NCBI GenBank assembly: GCA_030614785.1
Contig: JAUWTJ010000004.1
Coordinates: 1,609-65,608, forward strand
DNA length: 64,000 nt
From: Alphaproteobacteria bacterium
Lineage (GTDB): Bacteria > Pseudomonadota > Alphaproteobacteria > M2410
Direction of reading: 5' to 3'
In this document: positions 51,539-61,564 of the stretch, piece after piece
Position numbering within the stretch: the stretch's first letter is position 1
Layout: each line of letters opens with the position of its first letter
Notes under the pieces: generated by a model
Database searches by the model: none
The model's input: the letters and a program-made list of their open reading frames with translations, nothing else
Told to the model about the DNA's origin: nothing
Made by a program: the position numbers and the translations under genes

Positions 51539-51916
51539 ATGATGGAGTTAGATCACGTGAATATATACGTTCGCGATGTTGTCAGGAGCAGAGATTTCTA
51601 TGCGAAGTTGTTACCTCCATCAGGGCTCCCACAAAATCGGGATTTTGGCGAAGTAGCTGTGGCATTCGGGAGTAAGAACTATTCAACACTTGCGCTGGTT
51701 CGGCAGGAAGAACCGGTCCAGCCAATACATTTGGCTTTTCGTGTTGATTCGCGTGGTGAGGTGGACAAGCTCTACACGCAGGCACTCGATGCTGGTGGGC
51801 TGGACAATGGCAAGCCTGGCTTAAGGCTAGATTATCATGAATATTACTATGCGGCATTCATACGCGATCTGGATGGCCATAATTTGGAATTCGTGTGCCA
51901 CAACAATCCACGTTGA
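51539..51916 (+). CDS. VOC (glyoxalase/bleomycin-resistance) family protein
   Basis: MMELDHVNIYVRDVVRSRDFY start; start codon abuts the TetR stop (tagATG). Confidence 0.7.
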   Translation: MMELDHVNIYVRDVVRSRDFYAKLLPPSGLPQNRDFGEVAVAFGSKNYSTLALVRQEEPVQPIHLAFRVDSRGEVDKLYTQALDAGGLDNGKPGLRLDYHEYYYAAFIRDLDGHNLEFVCHNNPR

Positions 51917-52319
51917 CCCTGAAACATATGTCTGTTCATGGCTATACCCAGCCGCTTTACAGGGACCTGACGGTGTCTGAAGTTGGGGTGGAAGAGGACC
52001 TTTGAGCTGGAGTGTCGGCTCTACCTCCGACAACGGGCTCATTTCAGCGAAGACCATTCCGGCGGTTCTTGACCCTACTCGGACCTTCTGGCTCGACATC
52101 TCTTACGCGCAGTGAAGTTGGCTCTCGAGGGTCCTTGGCATTTGCAGGAACTACCCCAACCCAGAAAACCCATAAGTGTCGAAATACTTTACACCTTTAG
52201 TGCAGACAAGATCGATCAATGGGCTAACGCCTTCGATTCGTTAACCATATTTATCTGGCCTGCTTCTTGCTTTGTTACCCATAATGAATTGTCTTGAAAC
52301 TTAGCGTAGGTGAATCTCA

Positions 52320-52937
52320 ATGAAGAAATCGATTTTACCACTAATTACCGCCGGACTGCTGTGGGCAGGCCCTGCACATGCCGGAGTTCTATATGACGAA
52401 GGAGCGAGTGGCGACTTGAGCGCGATTATTCAAAGTCTGGGAGACCTGGCTCTGGGCGGCAATGACATACTGGGGACCTGGAACGCAACTCCGGGTTCCG
52501 ATACTGATCGCTTCACATTCACTCTTCCAGTGGGTCTGCAAATTGATAGCATAACGGTAAGTTACGGCAGTCTGCAAAACGGTGAAAACCTCAATGTTGG
52601 TATGGGCTCCAATGGGAACCTCTTTGATGATGCCTTTGTTGGTTCCGTCGATTTCTTCTCACCGGCCGGTTATGGTTCTGGCTTTGCCGCCGCATTTGTA
52701 GATACCTTTGGGCCGACGACAGGACCTCTGGACACAACACTGGCCGGTTCAGTTTGGGATATCCAATTGACCGGAAGCACCATATTCTCAACAAAATCAT
52801 GGACCGTCACGGTCAACACCAGCGTGTTTTCCGATGGTGGAGGCGGCGATCCTGTTCCAGCACCAGCTGCTCTTGGCCTCCTAGGTTTCGGGTTGGCTGG
52901 TCTTGGACTTGTGGGCCGCAGACGCGTTAAAAAATAG
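52320..52937 (+). CDS. PEP-CTERM-type sorting-domain secreted protein (VPAP variant)
   Basis: signal peptide MKKSILPLITAGLLWAGPAHA; C-terminal DPVPAPAALGLLGFGLAGLGLVGRRRVKK. Confidence 0.55.
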   Translation: MKKSILPLITAGLLWAGPAHAGVLYDEGASGDLSAIIQSLGDLALGGNDILGTWNATPGSDTDRFTFTLPVGLQIDSITVSYGSLQNGENLNVGMGSNGNLFDDAFVGSVDFFSPAGYGSGFAAAFVDTFGPTTGPLDTTLAGSVWDIQLTGSTIFSTKSWTVTVNTSVFSDGGGGDPVPAPAALGLLGFGLAGLGLVGRRRVKK

Positions 52938-52962
52938 TCAGCACACATTGAGATTGACAAAG

Positions 52963-52991
52963 GGCGGTTCTATTGAACCGCCCTCTTTTGC
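52963..52991 (+). terminator. rho-independent terminator after the PEP-CTERM gene
   Basis: GGGCGGTTC-tatt-GAACCGCCC followed by TCTTTTG. Confidence 0.6.
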
Positions 52992-53113
52992 ATCGAAGCG
53001 ACCTGCCTGCTTCGATGGCCGCCTTTGGCTAATCTGAGACTCAGCCAAGGTTCGCTTGATACGGCCGTTTCTCACTCAAAAGCGGACTTGGCTACGTCCA
53101 TTCGGACTTTCAT

Positions 53114-53142
53114 AAAAAAAGGGGCTCTCGATTGAGAGCCCC
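53114..53142 (-). terminator. pnp rho-independent terminator
   Basis: GGGGCTCTC-gatt-GAGAGCCCC, perfect 9-bp stem; on the pnp strand it is followed by a T7 run. Confidence 0.75.
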
Positions 53143-53168
53143 TTTGATATTCCGTTTGCTGAAAAAGC

Positions 53169-55289
53169 CTAGTCGGCTTTCTCTTCGCTCTTGATTTCCT
53201 TGCCGGTTTCCTGATCGACGACTTTCATCGACAGGCGCACCTTGCCGCGGTCATCGAAGCCCATCAGCTTGACCCAGACTTTCTGGCCTTCGGAGAGCAC
53301 ATCGGAGACCTTCTCGACCCGGCCCGGGGCGAGTTGGGAGATGTGCACGAGGCCATCCTTGGGACCGAAGAAGTTCACGAACGCGCCGAAGTCAACGACC
53401 TTGACGACCTTGCCTTCGTAGATCACGCCCACTTCAGGCTCGGCAGTCAGAGAACGGATCCATTTCAGGGCCGCCTCGATAGACGGGCCATCGGACGAGG
53501 CCACTTTCACAGTACCGTCGTCTTCAACGTTGACCTTGGCACCTGTGACTTCGACGATCTCGCGGATCACCTTGCCACCAGCCCCGATAACGTCGCGGAT
53601 CTTGTCGACCGGGATCTTGATGGTTTCAATGCGCGGGGCATATTCACCAAGTTCCGGACGCGCTTCGGTGAGGTCCTTGTTCATTTCGTCAAGGATATGC
53701 ATGCGGCCGCCCTTGGCCTGTGTCAACGCGACTTGCATGATCTCTTCGGTGATGCCGGTGATCTTGATGTCCATCTGCAGGGAGGTGATCCCCTCAGAGG
53801 TCCCGGCCACTTTAAAGTCCATGTCGCCGAGATGATCCTCGTCGCCAAGAATATCGGAGAGCACAGCAAAGCGCTCACCTTCCTTGATAAGGCCCATGGC
53901 AATCCCTGCCACCGGACGCTTCAGCGGAACGCCCGCATCCATCATGGCAAGAGAGGCACCGCAAACTGTCGCCATGGAAGACGAACCGTTTGACTCTGTG
54001 ATCTCGGACACATTGCGAATGGTGTAGGGGAACTCATCCTTGGCCGGAAGAACTGCCCGAAGCGCGCGCCAGGCAAGCTTGCCGTGACCAACTTCGCGGC
54101 GACCAGTAAAGCCTGTGCGACCGGTTTCACCAACCGAGAACGGCGGGAAGTTATAGTGCAGCATGAAGCTCTCACGGTAGGTTCCGGCGAGCGCGTCAAT
54201 GAGCTGCTCGTCGTCGCCGGTCCCCAGGGTCGTGACAACAAAGGCCTGTGTTTCGCCGCGCGTGAAGATCGACGATCCGTGGGTGCGGGGCAGAACGCCG
54301 GTTTCAGCAACAATCGGGCGGACTGTCGACAAATCACGGCCATCAATCCGGCTTGATGTATCAAGAATTGACGTCCGCACGATGTCGGACTCCAGACCCT
54401 TGAGAAGACCGCCGATATCATTGTCGGACAGTTCGGTTTCGCCTTCAGCAAGAGCGGCCTTTGCAGCTTTCTTGGCTGCAGAGATCTTTTCCTGACGGAC
54501 CTGCTTGACCTGCTCGGCATAGGCGGCGCGAAGACCGTCTTCGGCAAGCTCGCGGATTTGCGCTTCATGGGCTGACAGATCCGGTGGCTGGAAGTCCCAT
54601 GGCTCCTTGGCACATTCTTCAGCCATGTCGACAATCATGTCGATAACCGGCTGCATTTCGCGATGACCAAACATCACGGCGCCAAGCATGACATCTTCAG
54701 AAAGCTCGGAGGCTTCTGATTCCACCATGAGAACCGCATCCTTGGTTCCCGCAACAATGAGATCAAGATCGCTGTCCGGCAGATCATCGATCAGCGGGTT
54801 CAACCTGTATTCACCGTCGAAGAAACCGACGCGCGCGCCGCCGATCGGACCCTGGAAGGGGACGCCGGAAATGGTCAGGGCCGCAGAGGCTGCGACCAGG
54901 CCGAGGATATCGGGATCATTTTCAAGGTCGTGGCTCATACAGGTGATGATGACCTGGGTCTCGTTCTTGAAGCCCTTGACGAAGAGCGGACGAATGGGCC
55001 GGTCAATCAGGCGAGAGGTCAGCGTTTCCTTTTCGGTTGGACGCCCTTCGCGCTTGAAAAAGCCGCCAGGAATCTTGCCTGCGGCGAAATACTTTTCTTG
55101 ATAATTGACGGTCAGCGGGAAGAAATCGAGGTTTGGCTTGGGGTGCCTGTCCGAGACGATCGTCGCGAGAACCGTTGTGTCGCCATAGGTCGCAAGAACT
55201 GCGCCATCGGCTTGACGCGCCACATGGCCCGTTTCAAGGGTCAGCTCACGGCCACCCCATTGGATAGTTTTCTTTGTTATTTTGAACAT
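53169..55289 (-). CDS. pnp: polyribonucleotide nucleotidyltransferase (PNPase)
   Basis: 706 aa; [31 protein letters not shown] start; two RNase PH domains, KH and S1 domains. Confidence 0.95.
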   Translation of the reverse strand: MFKITKKTIQWGGRELTLETGHVARQADGAVLATYGDTTVLATIVSDRHPKPNLDFFPLTVNYQEKYFAAGKIPGGFFKREGRPTEKETLTSRLIDRPIRPLFVKGFKNETQVIITCMSHDLENDPDILGLVAASAALTISGVPFQGPIGGARVGFFDGEYRLNPLIDDLPDSDLDLIVAGTKDAVLMVESEASELSEDVMLGAVMFGHREMQPVIDMIVDMAEECAKEPWDFQPPDLSAHEAQIRELAEDGLRAAYAEQVKQVRQEKISAAKKAAKAALAEGETELSDNDIGGLLKGLESDIVRTSILDTSSRIDGRDLSTVRPIVAETGVLPRTHGSSIFTRGETQAFVVTTLGTGDDEQLIDALAGTYRESFMLHYNFPPFSVGETGRTGFTGRREVGHGKLAWRALRAVLPAKDEFPYTIRNVSEITESNGSSSMATVCGASLAMMDAGVPLKRPVAGIAMGLIKEGERFAVLSDILGDEDHLGDMDFKVAGTSEGITSLQMDIKITGITEEIMQVALTQAKGGRMHILDEMNKDLTEARPELGEYAPRIETIKIPVDKIRDVIGAGGKVIREIVEVTGAKVNVEDDGTVKVASSDGPSIEAALKWIRSLTAEPEVGVIYEGKVVKVVDFGAFVNFFGPKDGLVHISQLAPGRVEKVSDVLSEGQKVWVKLMGFDDRGKVRLSMKVVDQETGKEIKSEEKAD

Positions 55290-55455
55290 TCTTTATTTCC
55301 TTAAAATTTGCATCCCGCCGTATTGCAGGATGCCATAACCAGGCGCACGCGAAATCAAGGTGATACGCATACGCCTCTTTGACCAAATGGCCAGGTGAAC
55401 CAACGGGTAAATCCGATATGGATCGTTGGCTCCATATTTGTGTTGCGTATTAGAA

Positions 55456-55725
55456 TTAGCGCCGCAATCCAAGACGCTTGATGAGATCCGCATAGCGGGT
55501 CTCGTCTTTGGACTTCACATAGTCCAAAAGCCGTCGGCGTTGCGAAACCATTTTGAGAAGCCCGCGCCGCGAATGGTTATCCTTGGCGTGTGTCCGGAAG
55601 TGGCCTGTAAGATTGGAAATCCGTTCGGTCAAAATCGCGACCTGAACTTCCGGGGACCCTGTGTCGCTATCGTTGATAGCATATTCTTTAACCAGCGCAT
55701 CCTTGCGCTCACTTGTGATCGACAT
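55456..55725 (-). CDS. rpsO: 30S ribosomal protein S15
   Basis: 89 aa [15 protein letters not shown]...; upstream of pnp. Confidence 0.95.
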   Translation of the reverse strand: MSITSERKDALVKEYAINDSDTGSPEVQVAILTERISNLTGHFRTHAKDNHSRRGLLKMVSQRRRLLDYVKSKDETRYADLIKRLGLRR

Positions 55726-55756
55726 CGATCTACTCCTGAAGTAATGGCCTTTTGCC

Positions 55757-56761
55757 TTATGAGGCATCGGGCTCCAGATTGAAAACACGGGTCGGGCGGA
55801 AACGTCCACCTGTGATGCGTCCAAGGGCCACCGGTTCGACGTCTTCGCCGCGTCCGGTTTTCACCCAGACCGGCTCAAGCGCTGATCTGACAGAAAGGAC
55901 CTGGGGTTCGCATCCCCGAATGATCGCCCGACCGACCATGACCACTTCCTGGCCACGCTTGATCCGGGCGGTTTCCTCTGCCGTTACGGCCAGTGCCGGG
56001 ATGTCGTCCAGCGCGGTCTCAACGGGCAGAAGGTGCTCGAAAGCGCGCGCACCATGCCCCAACGCCTCCAGCTTTTCCAGCGAAATCGAGCGGGTTTCAT
56101 CGAAAGCGCCGACAAATGTCCGCCTGAGCGAGGAGACATGGCCGAAAGTCCCCAGTTCCCGCGCAAAATCACGGGCAAGCGAGCGGACATAGGTGCCTGA
56201 TCCGCAGGTAATTTCGAACTCCGCATCGCCCTCGCCCTCGCCCTCGCCCTCGCCCTCGCCCTGATTGGTCTCTGGCCAACCGGTGAGATTGAAGTCGTAA
56301 ATATCGACCTTGCGGGATTTGAGCTCCACCACCTCGCCGCGCCGGGCCAGATCATAAGCGCGTTCACCATCCACCTTGATGGCGGAGAAGATCGGCGGGG
56401 TCTGGTCGATGGTGCCGATAAAGGCCGGGAGCCTGGCGCGGACCTCGTCCTCATCAGGGCGATGATCGCTGGTTTCCACCACCTTGCCTTCAAGGTCGCA
56501 GGTATCGGTCTCGGCGCCCCAGCGGATCTTGAACCGGTAGCCCTTCCTTGCGCCCTGGATCATCGGCATGGTCTTGGTGGCCTCGCCAAGCGCTATGGGC
56601 AGAATGCCGGAGGCCAGAGGGTCCAGGGTGCCACCGTGGCCGCCTTTTCTGGCATCGAACACCCGGCGCACCCGGCCGACGACCTGTGTCGAGGTCACGC
56701 CGAGCGGTTTATCGACAATGACCCATCCGTTGACCGGACGCCCGCGCGCCTTCTTTGCCAT
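55757..56761 (-). CDS. truB: tRNA pseudouridine(55) synthase
   Basis: [21 protein letters not shown] catalytic Asp motif; contains an in-frame (GE)n insertion. Confidence 0.9.
   Translation of the reverse strand: MAKKARGRPVNGWVIVDKPLGVTSTQVVGRVRRVFDARKGGHGGTLDPLASGILPIALGEATKTMPMIQGARKGYRFKIRWGAETDTCDLEGKVVETSDHRPDEDEVRARLPAFIGTIDQTPPIFSAIKVDGERAYDLARRGEVVELKSRKVDIYDFNLTGWPETNQGEGEGEGEGEGDAEFEITCGSGTYVRSLARDFARELGTFGHVSSLRRTFVGAFDETRSISLEKLEALGHGARAFEHLLPVETALDDIPALAVTAEETARIKRGQEVVMVGRAIIRGCEPQVLSVRSALEPVWVKTGRGEDVEPVALGRITGGRFRPTRVFNLEPDAS
56225..56260. repeat. hexanucleotide tandem repeat (GCCCTC)n, about 5 units, inside truB coding sequence
   Basis: gccctcgccctcgccctcgccctc... encodes [12 protein letters not shown] on the minus strand. 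Confidence 0.7.
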
Positions 56762-56766
56762 GTCGG

Positions 56767-57249
56767 CTACTCCTCTTCAGCGTCCTCGAGGTCCTCGGGG
56801 TCCTCGACGTCTGCGGGGGCCTCATCAGGCGCCGCAACGTCGCTGCTGACCTGATCGGTGGCCAGAAGCGCATTGATACGGGTTGCCTCATCGAAGGACA
56901 GATCAAGCACGAAGGCCAGCTCGGGCGTATATTTAAGCGTCAACTCATCGCCCAGCAGCTTGCGCAAATAGCCGGCAGAGCGATTGAGGACCTTGATCAC
57001 TTCATCCTGGTTTTCGCCGGCCAGCGGCGCACAAAAAACCTTTGCATGGCGAAGATCCGCAGAAGCCCGCACCTCGGACACGGTAACAGAGATGCCTTTT
57101 ATCACCGGATCGCGTAGCGGTTCGCGCCTCAGCAGATCAGCAAGCGCATGGCGGATCACCTCACCGACACGCAATTGCCTCTGGCTGGGCCCGCGCCCGC
57201 TGGAACTTCTGGCCGCTCCGCGTCTTGAGTTCTTCTGGTTTCCGGGCAT
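56767..57249 (-). CDS. rbfA: ribosome-binding factor A (with acidic C-terminal extension)
   Basis: RQLRVGEVIRHALADLL KH-like core; conserved position between infB and truB. Confidence 0.8.
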   Translation of the reverse strand: MPGNQKNSRRGAARSSSGRGPSQRQLRVGEVIRHALADLLRREPLRDPVIKGISVTVSEVRASADLRHAKVFCAPLAGENQDEVIKVLNRSAGYLRKLLGDELTLKYTPELAFVLDLSFDEATRINALLATDQVSSDVAAPDEAPADVEDPEDLEDAEEE

Positions 57250-57429
57250 TGGTCCACGTTACTGTTTTGCCGCGCGTTTTATCACAAAACCGGTTGCCAC
57301 TTTTGTGAACGCGCGCTGGATTGGTAAGGGGTAAGAGAGGGTGTGCTCTACAGACCTGAAAGCGCCGCGTCAAGAACGCATCCTTTTGGGGCGATCAGCC
57401 TTTCAGGGGATCAGCCGCGCAGTCCGGCT

Positions 57430-57975
57430 CTATCGCCCTCTTTGGGCGGCGCTGATGTTTTCACGCGCCGAGGCGACAAAGGCCAACATGGCCTCGTCAC
57501 CGCCAAAGACCCGGCGCGGGATCATGATCGCCTGAACCGGGCTTGAATAGAGCAGAACAAGGCGTCCGGTGACCTCGACCCGCTCAATGGCGGACCAGGC
57601 GTACCGGGTCTGAGTGGTGCCATCGGCCCAGGAAATACCTTCTGCGCCTACATCGAGGGTGGTCGGGGCGAGCGGTCCGGCGTCCGAATGGCGAAGGGCG
57701 CGGTTCAACTTGAAGCGCCCGACCCAGCGCATCACGCCAGCGGCAAGCAGGGTGAGACCCAAAGCGCCGTAAAGCGCTGCATAGACACTTCCCACAAGCG
57801 TCCACTTCGGGCCTGTCTGCATGACATAGAAGCTGCCGACAAGAATGGAGATCATCCACAGACCCAAGGCGATCATCACGGCGCGCCACGGACCCTGACG
57901 CAGAATACGCACCTGCGCGGACCAATAATCATCCCGGTTCAGTTTGTAACCCAGTTTGAGACCCGCTTCGCTCAT
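57430..57975 (-). CDS. YcxB-like membrane protein
   Basis: two TM helices followed by a small cytoplasmic domain; lies between infB and rbfA. Confidence 0.45.
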   Translation of the reverse strand: MSEAGLKLGYKLNRDDYWSAQVRILRQGPWRAVMIALGLWMISILVGSFYVMQTGPKWTLVGSVYAALYGALGLTLLAAGVMRWVGRFKLNRALRHSDAGPLAPTTLDVGAEGISWADGTTQTRYAWSAIERVEVTGRLVLLYSSPVQAIMIPRRVFGGDEAMLAFVASARENISAAQRGR

Positions 57976-58103
57976 CACGCCCCCGCCAGCTGCGCCCGCG
58001 CCATGAATTGGAGCGGTCAGGCATATTATGAGAACTTTCACGGCAGGCGCAAGCCAGCTTCATGATCACAGTTAACTTGATGATCAAAGCTAACAGGGCA
58101 CTG

Positions 58104-60662
58104 CTAGAGTGTTCGGGCAATTTCTTCGATGTCGAAGCACTCGATGACGTCACCCTTCTGGATGTCCTGATAGTTCTCGAAAGCCATGCCGCATTCCTGA
58201 CCAACGGCCGCTTCGCGCACTTCGTCCTTGAAGCGCTTGAGCGTCGACAGCGTGCCTTCGTGAACAACAACTGAATCGCGAATGAGCCGCACTTTGGCAC
58301 CGCGGCGGACAGTGCCTTCGGTCACCTTACAGCCGGCGACCTTGCCAACCCTGGTGATGTTGAAGACATCGAGAATTTCCGCATTGCCAAAGAAGGTCTC
58401 GCGCAGTGTCGGCGACAGAAGTCCGGACATCGCTGCCTTGATGTCATCAACAAGATCGTAGATGACGGAATAGTAGCGAATTTCGACGCCTTCCTGGCGT
58501 GCCAGATCGCGTGCCTGATTGTTGGCGCGAACATTAAAGCCGATGATCGGCGCATTGGAGGCGCGGGCCAGAATGACATCTGACTCGGTAATGCCGCCTG
58601 GTGCTGCATGGATCGCGCGGGCGCGCACTTCGTCTGTTCCCAGTTTATCAAGCGAGCCGATGATGGCTTCAATTGATCCCTGTACATCGCCGCGCACGAG
58701 AATGGGCAGCTCTGCTGTCTCGCCTTCCTTGAGTTGATCGAGCATTTGCTCAAGCGACCCGCGTTTTGTGGTCTGGGCATCTGCCCGATCTTCTTTTTCC
58801 CTGCGCTGACGATATTCAGCGATCTCGCGGGCACGCCCTTCGGTCTCGACAACAACAAAGTCGTCACCCGCCAGAGGTGTTGCATTCAGCCCAAGGACTT
58901 CAGCGGGAATAGCCGGTCCGACTTCCTCAACCGCCTGACCGCGATCATTGACGAGCGCCCGGACACGGCCATATTCCTTACCGGCGACAAAAATATCCCC
59001 GGTGCGCAGCGTGCCGGCCTCGACCAGAACTGTTGCGACGGGGCCGCGCCCCTTGTCCAGTTTCGCCTCAACAACAGACCCGATAGCCGGGCGGTTCGGA
59101 TTGGCCTTGAGCTCAAGAATTTCCGCCTGAAGCATGATCGCTTCTTCGAGCTTGTCGAGGCCCATTTTTGTCATGGCCGAAACTTCCACGGTCTGGATCT
59201 CACCACCCATTTCTTCAACGACAATTTCGTGCTGCAAGAGATCCTGACGGACCTTGTCGGCATTGGCGCCAGGCTTGTCCATCTTGTTGATGGCAATAAT
59301 AATTGGCACTTCGGCGGCCAGCGCGTGGTTGATCGCTTCGACGGTTTGCGGCATGACGCTGTCATCGGCGGCGACGACAAGGACAACAATATCCGTGACT
59401 TCCGCGCCGCGCGCCCGCATGGCGGTAAAGGCCGCATGGCCCGGCGTGTCGAGGAAGGTGATTTTGTTGCCGGATTCGAGGGTCACCTGATAGGCACCAA
59501 TATGCTGGGTGATGCCGCCGGCTTCGCCGGTGACGACGTCTGATTGGCGCAGGGCATCAAGCAACGATGTCTTGCCGTGATCGACGTGACCCATAACGGT
59601 GACGACCGGCGCGCGGGGCAAACGATCCTCTTCAGTATCATCAAAATCTTTCAGGCCTTCTTCCACGTCGGATTCCGCGACCCGGCGTACCTTGTGACCA
59701 AATTCCTCGGCTATGAGCTGCGCGGTATCCGGATCAAGCAAATCTTCATGGGCGGCCATGTTGCCCTGTTTCATCAGGACCTTGATGACATCGACGACGC
59801 GGGTTGCCATCCGGTCAGCCAGTTCACGTACCGTGATGGCCTCTGGTATGACGACTTCGCGGATCACTTTCTCCGGCGCCGTGTCGAGCCCAAGCAGAGC
59901 GCGGCGTTCGCGCTCCCGGCGGCGTTTTACAGCGGCCAGTGAACGTGTGCGATCCCGGTCATCCAGAGCGGTCTGAATGGTCAGCTTGCCGCGACGGCGC
60001 TGCGGTTCACCGCGCGTCCGGGTTGCGGGCTTGGTCGCCAACTGCTTCTTCTTGACCCTGCCGCCCAGATCGTTTTCTTCGGGGCGCTGCTTGCGGCCGT
60101 GGGTTCCGGCCTCCTCGGTCGACAGAGCCGCTTCCTGCGTCGCAATACGCTCCGCTTCCAGACGCGCCGCCTCCTCAGCCTTTTGCTTTTCTTCTTCAGC
60201 CGCGCGCTTATGGCTTTCGACCTGTTCTTCGCCAGCGCGCTTTTCATCTTCAACCCGGCTGGCGACCATTTCGGCATCAAGACGCGCGTCTTCTTTGGCG
60301 CGTTCAGCAGAAATGCGGCTATCCTCAGTGGCGCGCAACTGGGCGCCCTCAAGCGCTCTGGCGCGCGCGGCTTGTTCACTCGGCGTCAGAGTGTGGCCAG
60401 CAGCATCTGTGGTCTCAACCGGAGGCGGAGCCTTGACAACGACCTTTTCAACGACTTCGACGGGTTTTTCTTCCGGAGCCGGTTTTGCAGACCCATCCTT
60501 GGGCGCCACGATACGCCTGCGCCGCTTCTCAACCACCACCGCTTTTGAACGGCCATGGGAGATATTCTGGCGGACGGTTCCACCGGCAACTTTGACGCCC
60601 TTGAGCGAAAGCGGCTTACGGCCACTTGCGGGCTTTTCAGGTGTCTGATTCGAATCGCTCAT
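58104..60662 (-). CDS. infB: translation initiation factor IF-2
   Basis: 852 aa; GTPase G-domain ([16 protein letters not shown]) and C-terminal IF2 domains. Confidence 0.95.
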   Translation of the reverse strand: MSDSNQTPEKPASGRKPLSLKGVKVAGGTVRQNISHGRSKAVVVEKRRRRIVAPKDGSAKPAPEEKPVEVVEKVVVKAPPPVETTDAAGHTLTPSEQAARARALEGAQLRATEDSRISAERAKEDARLDAEMVASRVEDEKRAGEEQVESHKRAAEEEKQKAEEAARLEAERIATQEAALSTEEAGTHGRKQRPEENDLGGRVKKKQLATKPATRTRGEPQRRRGKLTIQTALDDRDRTRSLAAVKRRRERERRALLGLDTAPEKVIREVVIPEAITVRELADRMATRVVDVIKVLMKQGNMAAHEDLLDPDTAQLIAEEFGHKVRRVAESDVEEGLKDFDDTEEDRLPRAPVVTVMGHVDHGKTSLLDALRQSDVVTGEAGGITQHIGAYQVTLESGNKITFLDTPGHAAFTAMRARGAEVTDIVVLVVAADDSVMPQTVEAINHALAAEVPIIIAINKMDKPGANADKVRQDLLQHEIVVEEMGGEIQTVEVSAMTKMGLDKLEEAIMLQAEILELKANPNRPAIGSVVEAKLDKGRGPVATVLVEAGTLRTGDIFVAGKEYGRVRALVNDRGQAVEEVGPAIPAEVLGLNATPLAGDDFVVVETEGRAREIAEYRQRREKEDRADAQTTKRGSLEQMLDQLKEGETAELPILVRGDVQGSIEAIIGSLDKLGTDEVRARAIHAAPGGITESDVILARASNAPIIGFNVRANNQARDLARQEGVEIRYYSVIYDLVDDIKAAMSGLLSPTLRETFFGNAEILDVFNITRVGKVAGCKVTEGTVRRGAKVRLIRDSVVVHEGTLSTLKRFKDEVREAAVGQECGMAFENYQDIQKGDVIECFDIEEIARTL

Positions 60663-61534
60663 TCGTTCCTTTCGCCCGCTGATCGGGCTTTTCTTCCATC
60701 ATTCTCTTCAGAGCCCACAACCCTGTCATCTGTCAGACTGTCGTCCGGCATATTCCAGGATGGAGGGACCATCGGCCTGAACCCCGCCAGTCGCTCGAGA
60801 TCACGCAAGGCCATTTTAGTGACCGGGGCCGATTTCAGGGCTGCATGTATCACATGTTGATGACCAAAAGCCAAACTCAATTCGGCAGAATTCAGCAATC
60901 CGACCACATGAATCAGCTGTTTATGCCCTTCATTTCGCTTTTTGACCTGCCTGACAAGCTTGTTTCGCCCATCTGCCGCCCCGTCGGCGGCTTCAAGGAG
61001 CACAGAAGCGCGGCCCTTTTCAATACAATCCACAACCTTTTCGTAGCCGTTAAGCGCAGATCCGGCCTTTCGGACCAGACCAATTTGATGGATCACCCGC
61101 ACCACCAATAGTTCTTCGATGCGGATCGCCAGATCAGGTGAAGCCTTGACCCTGGCGCGGGCGGCGCGGGCAAACAGCCCTTTGGCGACCGCCTTTTCAA
61201 TCGTTGACCGGTCGGCGGTCACCCAGAGCCCCCGGCCAGGCAACTTCTCTGACAGATCCGGAACAATCTCGTCATCGGGACCAACAACGCACCGGATCAA
61301 CCGATCCCTGGGTGCGGGCAGGCCCGAGACAATACATTTTCTTTCCGGAACCAGGCTTGCCGGGGCTCGCGCCCCCGTGCGCGGCTTTTTTTTGCGACCC
61401 GTCTTTTTCCGTTCAATCCTTTTTTGGCCTGGCGGCTTGAGGTCGGGCGTTTTGTGATCATCCGCCTTGCTATCGGGCGGGTTTTTGCCAGTATCTGTTT
61501 GATCCGGACGTGTCACGAAGGAAGCCTCTTTCAA
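60659..61534 (-). CDS. YlxR/DUF448 RNA-binding protein fused to an L7Ae-like (YlxQ-type) domain
   Basis: ERKCIVSG...LIRCVV...PGRGLWV DUF448 motif; C-terminal L7Ae-like segment; conserved nusA-infB spacer gene. Confidence 0.65.
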   Translation of the reverse strand: MKEASFVTRPDQTDTGKNPPDSKADDHKTPDLKPPGQKRIERKKTGRKKKPRTGARAPASLVPERKCIVSGLPAPRDRLIRCVVGPDDEIVPDLSEKLPGRGLWVTADRSTIEKAVAKGLFARAARARVKASPDLAIRIEELLVVRVIHQIGLVRKAGSALNGYEKVVDCIEKGRASVLLEAADGAADGRNKLVRQVKKRNEGHKQLIHVVGLLNSAELSLAFGHQHVIHAALKSAPVTKMALRDLERLAGFRPMVPPSWNMPDDSLTDDRVVGSEENDGRKARSAGERNE

Positions 61535-61564
61535 TCAATGCGGCCACTACGGCCCATACGGCCA

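Larger units (their letters stand above)
46333..53160. mobile_element. putative integrated accessory segment(s) at the 3' end of pnp; no integrase or transposase in the window
   Basis: bounded by direct repeats of the pnp terminus (copies A, B and genuine); accessory-type cargo (PEP-CTERM proteins, AraC, TetR); visibly AT-richer stretches around 50.4-52.3 kb. Confidence 0.45.

Noticed and set aside
46333-53160. Integrase, transposase or excisionase within the pnp-adjacent insertion.
   Set aside because: None of the ORFs shows a tyrosine/serine recombinase or DDE signature. The element is therefore called only as a putative, probably decayed, insertion.
56225-56260. Possible CRISPR-like or non-coding tandem repeat (GCCCTC)n; likewise (TTC)n at 61570-61625.
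   Set aside because: Both are in-frame coding microsatellites: the (GE)n insertion in truB and the acidic C-terminal tail of nusA. There are no spacers and no cas genes. No CRISPR array was found anywhere in the window.
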